Assembly (NCBI GenBank): GCA_001695645.1
Contig: LVZN01000013.1
Span: 1 to 32,000 of the forward strand
Origin: Erysipelotrichaceae bacterium MTC7
Lineage (GTDB): Bacteria > Bacillota_I > Bacilli_A > Erysipelotrichales > Erysipelotrichaceae
Direction: 5' to 3'
DNA length: 32,000 bases
A program made the position numbers and the translations under genes. Shown piece by piece: positions 26,433-32,000 of the stretch (position 1 is its first letter; every line of letters starts with the position of its first letter). The notes under the pieces are model-generated. The model was given only the letters and a program-made list of their open reading frames with translations, did not search any database and was not told where the DNA came from.

Positions 26433-28688
26433 TTATGCCTCTGCATCTGAACTACTCGCCTTTTTGGTTTTCGTTGCTTTTTTCGTTGTTGCTTTTTTCG
26501 TTGTCGTTTTCTTTGTTGTGGCTTTCTTAGCAGCTGTTTTCTTAGTTGGTTTTGGTTCTGCTGTTTCTTCAACTACAACATCTGCTTCTTCATCCTTTGG
26601 TTTTTCATCTTTTTTGATGTAACGACATTTTGGATATCCAGAACATCCAACAAACATTTTTCCATATCGTGATTTACGTTCGACTAGTGGTTTGCCACAT
26701 TCTGGACACATTTCGCCAGTCTCTTTTGGCGGTTGACGATCACTTTTGATGTATTTACATTCCGGATAGTTTGCACATGCATAGAACTCTCCAAAACGGC
26801 CACGTTTTTTAACAAGTGGGCCTCCACAGTTTGGACATGTTTCGTCAATTTTATCTTCTTCTTCTTGTTTTACGTATTTACATTCTGGATAGTTGCTACA
26901 AGCAACAAAATCACCATAGCGACCCTTACGAATAACAAGTTCATGACCACATTCTGGACACATTTCACCAGTTTTTTCCGCTTCGATTTTTTCCATTTTG
27001 TCATAAGCTTCTTGAAGTAATGGTTCAAAACGGTCATAGAATGTACGTAGCTCTTTTACATAGTCTTTATGTCCATCAGCAATTTCATCAAGTTCATGTT
27101 CCATTGCTGCTGTGTATTTCACATTGATGATATCAGAGAAGAATTCTTGTAATTTCTTATCCGTTAATTCTCCTTGTTCTGACGGGAAGAACACTTTGGT
27201 TTTTGTTGTTTCTGTCGGTTTTCTTAAATCCGCATATCCACGCGCTTGCAATGTATCAATAATCATCGCATACGTTGATGGACGTCCAATCCCTTGTTCT
27301 TCAAGTTCTTTAATCAAACGTGCTTCACTGTAACGTTTTGGTGGTTCTGTAAAGTGTTGTTTTCCTTCAAGCTTAACATCTTTAAGAATTTCACCTTCTT
27401 CAAGTACAGGTAATAATTCATCTTTACTTGATTCATAATCTTTGTACACTTTTAAGTACCCATCAAAAGTTAATACAGAACCAGAAGCACTAAACTGTGC
27501 ATCGTTGTTTGTGATTTGTGCACTCACACTATCACTTTTTGCAGGTGCCATCAGTGAGGCAAGCGTACGTGCATAAATCAATTTATATAACTTATATTGA
27601 TCAGCTGTTAGATAGTTCTTGATTGATTCTGGTGTACGATTCACATCCGTTACACGACAAGCCTCATGAGCATCTTGTGCATTTGCATCTTTCTTTTGTC
27701 GTACACTACCCACGTATTCTTTTCCATATGTACTTTCAATATAAGCTAGTGCACTTTCTGTAAACACTTCACTTAAACGAGTTGAATCCGTACGCATATA
27801 AGAGATTAACCCCTCAACACCTGTACCGATTTCAATCCCTTCATATAACTTTTGTGCAGTTGACATGGTTTTCTTAGCACTGAAGTTTAACTTTGTACTC
27901 GCTTCTTGTTGTAATGCTGAAGTGGTAAATGGAAGTTTCGAAGCTTTTTTCTTAACTTTCTTTTCGATGGAAGAAACGACATAATCACCTGTACATGATG
28001 CAATGATGGCATCACTTTCTGCTTGATTGGCAATCTTTGCAGTTTTTCCTTTATATTTTTTTAGTTCAGCAACAAATGCATCACTATTTTTATTAACAAG
28101 CGCATCAATTGTCCAATATTCTTCTTGAATAAAGGCACGGATTTCATTTTCACGTTCAATGATTAAATGTAACGCTACCGATTGTACACGTCCTGCAGAC
28201 TTACTTTTAATTTTACTACGTAATAATGTCGATAAACGAAATCCGATAATACGGTCAAGAATTCTACGCGTTTCTTGCGATTTCACTAAATCTTGATCGA
28301 TTTTTCTTGGATGTTCAAACGCCTCAATAACTGCTGGCTTTGTGATTTCATGAAAAATGATACGGTTTTGCTTATCTTGATCAAGTCCAAGTTCATCAGC
28401 TAAATGCCAAGCAATAGCTTCCCCTTCACGGTCAGGGTCACTTGCAAGATAAACTTCATCACTCTTTTTTGCAAGTGCTTTTAATTCTTTAACCGTTGCT
28501 TTCTTTTCTTTGCTTATTTTATAGGTTGGTTCAAAATTATGATCAACATCGATCCCTAACCCACCTTTTCCTGATGTGGCTAAATCACGTATATGTCCTT
28601 TACTTGATACGACTTGAAAATCGCTACCAAGGTATTTTTCTATGGTCTTTGATTTGGAAGGTGACTCCACAATTACTAATTTTTTCAT
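26433..28688 (-). CDS. topA: DNA topoisomerase I with three C4 zinc ribbons and a Lys/Thr/Ala-rich tail
   Basis: 751 aa. It has a TOPRIM N-terminus (KLVIVESPSKSKTI) and the active-site context SYMRTDS. Three CPxCG...CxxYPxC ribbons occupy 26619..26960. The tail is PTKKTAAKKATTKKTTTKKATTKKATKTKKASSSDAEA. Confidence 0.96.
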   Translation of the reverse strand: MKKLVIVESPSKSKTIEKYLGSDFQVVSSKGHIRDLATSGKGGLGIDVDHNFEPTYKISKEKKATVKELKALAKKSDEVYLASDPDREGEAIAWHLADELGLDQDKQNRIIFHEITKPAVIEAFEHPRKIDQDLVKSQETRRILDRIIGFRLSTLLRSKIKSKSAGRVQSVALHLIIERENEIRAFIQEEYWTIDALVNKNSDAFVAELKKYKGKTAKIANQAESDAIIASCTGDYVVSSIEKKVKKKASKLPFTTSALQQEASTKLNFSAKKTMSTAQKLYEGIEIGTGVEGLISYMRTDSTRLSEVFTESALAYIESTYGKEYVGSVRQKKDANAQDAHEACRVTDVNRTPESIKNYLTADQYKLYKLIYARTLASLMAPAKSDSVSAQITNNDAQFSASGSVLTFDGYLKVYKDYESSKDELLPVLEEGEILKDVKLEGKQHFTEPPKRYSEARLIKELEEQGIGRPSTYAMIIDTLQARGYADLRKPTETTKTKVFFPSEQGELTDKKLQEFFSDIINVKYTAAMEHELDEIADGHKDYVKELRTFYDRFEPLLQEAYDKMEKIEAEKTGEMCPECGHELVIRKGRYGDFVACSNYPECKYVKQEEEDKIDETCPNCGGPLVKKRGRFGEFYACANYPECKYIKSDRQPPKETGEMCPECGKPLVERKSRYGKMFVGCSGYPKCRYIKKDEKPKDEEADVVVEETAEPKPTKKTAAKKATTKKTTTKKATTKKATKTKKASSSDAEA
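26476..26550 (-). repeat. Five tandem 15-nt units inside the topA 3' end, encoding the KK(A/T)TT pentapeptide repeats
   Basis: The units are gcttttttcgttgtt, gcttttttcgttgtc, gttttctttgttgtg, gctttcttagcagct and gttttcttagttggt. The first two differ at one position. Confidence 0.8.
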
Positions 28689-28710
28689 TTACTACCTCCG
28701 ACTTACATCA

Positions 28711-28738
28711 AGTATATTCACTTTTATCGTTTTGTCAA
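28711..28738 (-). promoter_or_regulatory. Strong sigma-A-type promoter for topA in the dprA-topA gap
   Basis: The minus strand reads TTGACA (28738..28733), a 16-nt spacer, then TATACT (28716..28711). The SD GGAGG lies downstream. Confidence 0.65.
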
Positions 28739-28741
28739 CAC

Positions 28742-29473
28742 TTACAATTCGCGCAAACTTTCGTGATCAATAATAATATTCGCTCCTTCTTGAATGAGAA
28801 CATTACAACCGCTTACTTGTTTTTCACTGTATGAAAATGGAAATACATAGACTTCTTTATTTAATTCGATTGCTTCATTTACCGTCAATAGCGTACCACT
28901 TCGTTTACTTGCTTCAATGACAACTACCTTTTCACCGAGTGCTGCAATCAAGCGATTTCGTAAAGGAAAATGAAAAGAAAACGGTCGTGATCCGTTGGGG
29001 TATTCACTTATGAGTAAATGTTCTTTTTCAATTTCTTTATAAAGGAAGTGATTACACGCTGGATAATGTACATCAAGTCCACACCCCACAATCGCAATCG
29101 TACTACGTGTTGCCAAGGACAATTGATGAATGTACCCATCAACTCCTTTTGCCAGTCCACTTACAGTTACGTAATCTTTACTTACATGTCGCAATAACGA
29201 TTCACAGTTGTAGCGACCTTGACGACTCATTGCACGTGAACCAACAATGGATAATTTGCGTTTTTCTAATAGCTTCAAGTCTCCTTTATAGTAAAGTACA
29301 TACGGTGGTTGTTTTAACAATAAAAACTCTGGTGGGTATGCATCATCTAAAATAGTTATATAGGGATCTGGATAATCAATGTCACGATAGGCTTCATTAT
29401 GTAAGATTGCTTTTTTAATTGCATGAACATCACCGTCGTATTTTACACTGTAATACAATAATCGTTTTCTCAT
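28742..29473 (-). CDS. dprA: DNA processing protein DprA/Smf (short form, 243 aa)
   Basis: The Rossmann-like DprA core is present: LSIVGSRAMSRQGRY, SGLAKGVDGYIH and RNRLIAALGEKVVVIEASKRSGTL. It sits in the conserved position upstream of topA. Confidence 0.88.
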   Translation of the reverse strand: MRKRLLYYSVKYDGDVHAIKKAILHNEAYRDIDYPDPYITILDDAYPPEFLLLKQPPYVLYYKGDLKLLEKRKLSIVGSRAMSRQGRYNCESLLRHVSKDYVTVSGLAKGVDGYIHQLSLATRSTIAIVGCGLDVHYPACNHFLYKEIEKEHLLISEYPNGSRPFSFHFPLRNRLIAALGEKVVVIEASKRSGTLLTVNEAIELNKEVYVFPFSYSEKQVSGCNVLIQEGANIIIDHESLREL

Positions 29474-29510
29474 GTTTTTACCTCTTTGTATATATATATA
29501 GGTAAGAAAA

Positions 29511-29534
29511 AAGGAATATCCTGTGATATTCCTT
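29511..29534 (-). terminator. Rho-independent terminator after rnhB
   Basis: A perfect 10-bp stem, aaggaatatc / gatattcctt, has a 4-nt loop and begins 2 nt after the rnhB stop. TTTTTTTC follows on the minus strand. Confidence 0.8.
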
Positions 29535-29535
29535 A

Positions 29536-30159
29536 CTATTTGAAATCAAAATGCATTTGTAATGCTTTTGCTACAGGAGCATAACTGCGTCGATGAATCG
29601 GTAAAACGCCATAGGTTTCGAGAGCTTGTAAATGTTGTTTGGTTGGGTATCCTTTGTTTTTATCGAAGCCATACTCTGGATACGTTTCACTATACGCTTT
29701 CATAATACGATCACGAGTCACTTTGGCAAGAATACTTGCTGCAGCGATATTCACACTTTTTTGATCACCTTTAACAATCGGTTCAACAACTTTTCCCTCA
29801 ATTTGAAATTTCATCGCATCACTTAAGATGACATCAGCTATTTCACATTCTCTTGCAATTTTCATCATGGTTTGTTTAGTTGCTTCATAGATATTTAAGC
29901 GATCGATCGTTGCTTCATCAATAATTTCTATTTTGAAGTAAAGTGCGTGTTCTTGAATGTAATCAAATAACACTTCACGTTTCTTTTCACCTACTTTTTT
30001 TGAATCGTAAATATCAGGATGACTAAAACCTTTTGGAAAACAGACACCAGCCACAACCAATGGTCCAGCAAGCGGTCCGCGTCCTGCTTCATCAATTCCT
30101 ATCACTTGTTTGTAACCTTGCTCCATATAGAGCGTTTCAAACTCATTCTTGCATTCCAT
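29536..30159 (-). CDS. rnhB: Ribonuclease HII
   Basis: GIDEAGRGPLAGPLVVAGV, DSKK and full-length RNase HII similarity are present. The ATG at 30159 is preferred because GGGAG lies 7 nt upstream; the ORF-track ATG at 30186 and an internal ATG (MEQGYK) are alternatives. Confidence 0.9.
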   Translation of the reverse strand: MECKNEFETLYMEQGYKQVIGIDEAGRGPLAGPLVVAGVCFPKGFSHPDIYDSKKVGEKKREVLFDYIQEHALYFKIEIIDEATIDRLNIYEATKQTMMKIARECEIADVILSDAMKFQIEGKVVEPIVKGDQKSVNIAAASILAKVTRDRIMKAYSETYPEYGFDKNKGYPTKQHLQALETYGVLPIHRRSYAPVAKALQMHFDFK

Positions 30160-31012
30160 CAATACGCTCCCATGTAATACGACCAAATCGATTGGCTCGA
30201 ATATCTTTCATAAACGTCTCAATTGTACGATTATAGTCCACTTCATTTCCCTTTTGCAACAAATGACGATTTCTACCAATTTCTAAAAATAGTTTGTAAT
30301 TATTTTCGATAATTGTTACATCATACGCTTCCACTAAGCGTTCAGGAAAGTATGCTTTTAAATATTTCAATGCAGCGTATGCAACTTCTTCTAGCGGTAA
30401 AACTTGATCACGAATCGCACCAGTAATAGCTAATAGAATTCCGATGTGTTCATCTTCAAACTTTGGCCACAATACACCTGGTGTATCTAACAATTCAATA
30501 TCCTTATTTACTTTCACCCAACGCGTGTTTTTAGTTACCCCTGGTCGGTCACCCGTAACTAAGGTTTTCTTTGCCGCAATTTGGTTAATCAATGTACTTT
30601 TCCCAACGTTAGGAATTCCACAAACCATGCAACGAACCGCTCTAGGATTCATCCCTTTACGGATTTGACGATCACGTTTTTCTTTCATTAACGTCAGTGC
30701 GTTCTCAGTAATGATTTTTTTAACATTATCGTGTAAGACATCTACACCAATGACTATTGTTTTATCATCGGACAACGCTTGTATCCAACGTTTTGTTTCT
30801 TCTGGTTCAGCTTTATCTATTTTTGAAAGTACAATCAATCTTGGCTTTTCACCAACCAACTCATCAATTAATGGATTTTTTGAAGCGTTAGGTACTCTGG
30901 CATCACGAAGTTCTATGACCATATCGACCATATTTAGCATGCTTTGCATTTCCCGCTTCGCTTTTGTCATATGACCAGGAAACCACTGTATGTTTAATTT
31001 TTGATTACTCAT
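30143..31012 (-). CDS. rbgA: Ribosome biogenesis GTPase A (YlqF/RbgA, circularly permuted GTPase)
   Basis: 289 aa. WFPGHM is followed by permuted G motifs: LSKID, GIPNVGKSTLIN and DTPG. Confidence 0.93.
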   Translation of the reverse strand: MSNQKLNIQWFPGHMTKAKREMQSMLNMVDMVIELRDARVPNASKNPLIDELVGEKPRLIVLSKIDKAEPEETKRWIQALSDDKTIVIGVDVLHDNVKKIITENALTLMKEKRDRQIRKGMNPRAVRCMVCGIPNVGKSTLINQIAAKKTLVTGDRPGVTKNTRWVKVNKDIELLDTPGVLWPKFEDEHIGILLAITGAIRDQVLPLEEVAYAALKYLKAYFPERLVEAYDVTIIENNYKLFLEIGRNRHLLQKGNEVDYNRTIETFMKDIRANRFGRITWERIDGMQE

Positions 31013-31610
31013 TATTTGTTACCAACCCTATTTTATCAAACGGATAAAGTACGAGAACGTACTTACTCACAATTGCTTGACCTTTAAATGGTCCAACAGC
31101 ACGCGAATCGCGCGAAACTGGACGATTGTCACCCATTAGGAAATACTCATCTTCCCCTAACACAAAAGGATCTAGGTCATTTGTAAAGTTATTTCCATAA
31201 CCTGATTGTCCAATCTGATCTTCCATGTATTTTTTATTTAAAAACGGTTCTTCCACCGGTTCACCATTAACATACAATTGATCATCAAAATATTCAATTT
31301 CATCACCTGGCAAACCAATTACGCGTTTTACCCATAAATCATCTCCCGTTTTTTCATCTTGCACAACAACAACTTCAAAACGTTGTAAATCACTAGTAAT
31401 CGCAGAAAAAACATTTGAAAAACCAAATTCTTTATCTTCAAGTGTTGGATACATACTGATTCCTGAAACCGTAATTGGGCGGAAAAAGAACTTCACGCAT
31501 AAAAAGACTAAAACAAAACAAATAAGAACCATTTTCACAAAGCTCAAAATTTCTGTTTTAGTGATTTCTTGTTTTTTATTATTTCTTGTTTCCTCACGCT
31601 TATTCATCAT
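31005..31610 (-). CDS. lepB: Signal peptidase I
   Basis: 201 aa. It has an N-terminal TM segment, the catalytic Ser box SGISMYPTL, VKRVIGLPGD and GDNRPVSRDSR. Confidence 0.93.
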   Translation of the reverse strand: MMNKREETRNNKKQEITKTEILSFVKMVLICFVLVFLCVKFFFRPITVSGISMYPTLEDKEFGFSNVFSAITSDLQRFEVVVVQDEKTGDDLWVKRVIGLPGDEIEYFDDQLYVNGEPVEEPFLNKKYMEDQIGQSGYGNNFTNDLDPFVLGEDEYFLMGDNRPVSRDSRAVGPFKGQAIVSKYVLVLYPFDKIGLVTNNE

Positions 31611-31615
31611 CGCTT

Positions 31616-31624
31616 ATTATACCA
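31616..31624 (-). promoter_or_regulatory. Extended -10 element (TGgTATAAT) only 5 nt upstream of the lepB ATG
   Basis: The minus strand reads aaaaTGgTATAATaagcgATGATG. TATAAT is at 31621..31616. No SD-like sequence lies between it and the start codon. Confidence 0.5.
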
Positions 31625-31731
31625 TTTTTCCGTTTCGTTTCACACATAAAGACTCATATCTTTCATCATATTCTTTACCTGCTTTATATACTTTTTTAAA
31701 TATATAATTCAAAATGTAATTACACAATGTT

Positions 31732-31774
31732 AAAGAGTATGAATATTTCCACCATGTAAACTTTCATACTCTTT
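31732..31774 (-). terminator. Perfect 12-bp inverted repeat downstream of the P-type ATPase gene (possible terminator without a clear U-tract)
   Basis: aaagagtatgaa (31732..31743) pairs with ttcatactcttt (31763..31774), with a 19-nt loop. It starts 10 nt after the stop at 31785. Confidence 0.45.
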
Positions 31775-31784
31775 ATACTTAGCT

Positions 31785-32000
31785 TTATTTCAATTTCAAC
31801 ATCATTGCATTAATTGCAACAATAATGGTACTCAGTGACATCAAAATGGCACCAAGTGCTGGACTTAATACAATTCCTAATGGTGCCAAGATACCAGCTG
31901 CTAGAGGTATAGCTATAATGTTGTAGCCTGCTCCCCACCATAGGTTTTGGACCATTTTACGCTGCGTGTTTTTGGCAAGTGATAAAAAATGTACAATGTC
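31785..32000 (-). CDS. C-terminal 71 codons of a heavy-metal-translocating P1B-type ATPase (5' part outside the window)
   Basis: Own translation: [71 protein letters not shown]. The segments NLxWAxGYNxxxIPxAAG and MSxSSxxVxxNA form the conserved last two TM helices of CopA/CadA-type pumps. Confidence 0.8.
   Translation of the reverse strand, partial: DIVHFLSLAKNTQRKMVQNLWWGAGYNIIAIPLAAGILAPLGIVLSPALGAILMSLSTIIVAINAMMLKLK

Noticed and set aside
26476-26550. The tandem 15-nt repeats were considered as a possible CRISPR-like or regulatory repeat array.
   Set aside because: The units are contiguous with no spacers, in frame, and lie inside the topA coding sequence. They encode a pentapeptide low-complexity tail.
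26353-26622. 89-aa plus-strand Phe/Val-rich ORF that looks like a small membrane protein
   Set aside because: It is the reverse-complement reading of the Lys/Thr-rich topA tail (AAA/ACA codons become TTT/TGT-type codons). It also overlaps the trmFO start and has no expression signals.
1-32000. Whole-window scan for CRISPR arrays, rRNA/tRNA genes, riboswitch-like leaders, toxin-antitoxin pairs, restriction-modification or other defence-system gene sets
   Set aside because: No spaced repeat arrays or cloverleaf or rRNA-like conserved sequence were recognised. Every gene longer than 100 codons is accounted for by housekeeping families, the IS remnant, the DUF134/Mrp module or the adhesin. No nuclease, methylase, helicase or other defence signature was seen.

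Overview
This is a low-GC Firmicutes-type chromosomal window. The gene order and a short SMC hint at an Erysipelotrichia/Mollicutes-related lineage, with low confidence. Most of it is tightly packed housekeeping genes on the minus strand: nrnA-like DHH, ackA, ylxM, ftsY, smc, two aminopeptidases, rseP, dxr, cdsA, uppS, frr, pyrH, tsf, rpsB, xerC, trmFO, topA, dprA, rnhB, rbgA, lepB, and the 3' end of a P-type ATPase gene. I found no rRNA, tRNA, CRISPR array or recognisable defence system. There are three non-core parts. (1) A decayed IS200/IS605 element at the left edge, where tnpA and tnpB each carry an in-frame stop, lies next to an unlisted 53-aa membrane-peptide gene with consensus expression signals. 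(2) A roughly 5-kb insertion splits the normally contiguous tsf-pyrH pair. It carries a plus-strand two-gene module: a DUF134 HTH protein, then an Mrp/NBP35 P-loop ATPase fused to a NifX-like domain and a His-rich tail. A near-consensus promoter whose -35 sits in a perfect 14-bp palindrome drives this module. (3) In the same insertion, on the other strand, is a 1003-aa vWA/MucBP-like surface adhesin with a non-canonical sorting motif. The DUF134/Mrp-NifX module is the best candidate for poorly described biology here, but it is a modest candidate, not a demonstrated new system. Smaller signals are a Rex/CRP-like palindrome in the smc/hlyIII intergenic region, a probable leaderless lepB, a structured rpsB leader, and low-complexity basic tails on S2 and TopA.
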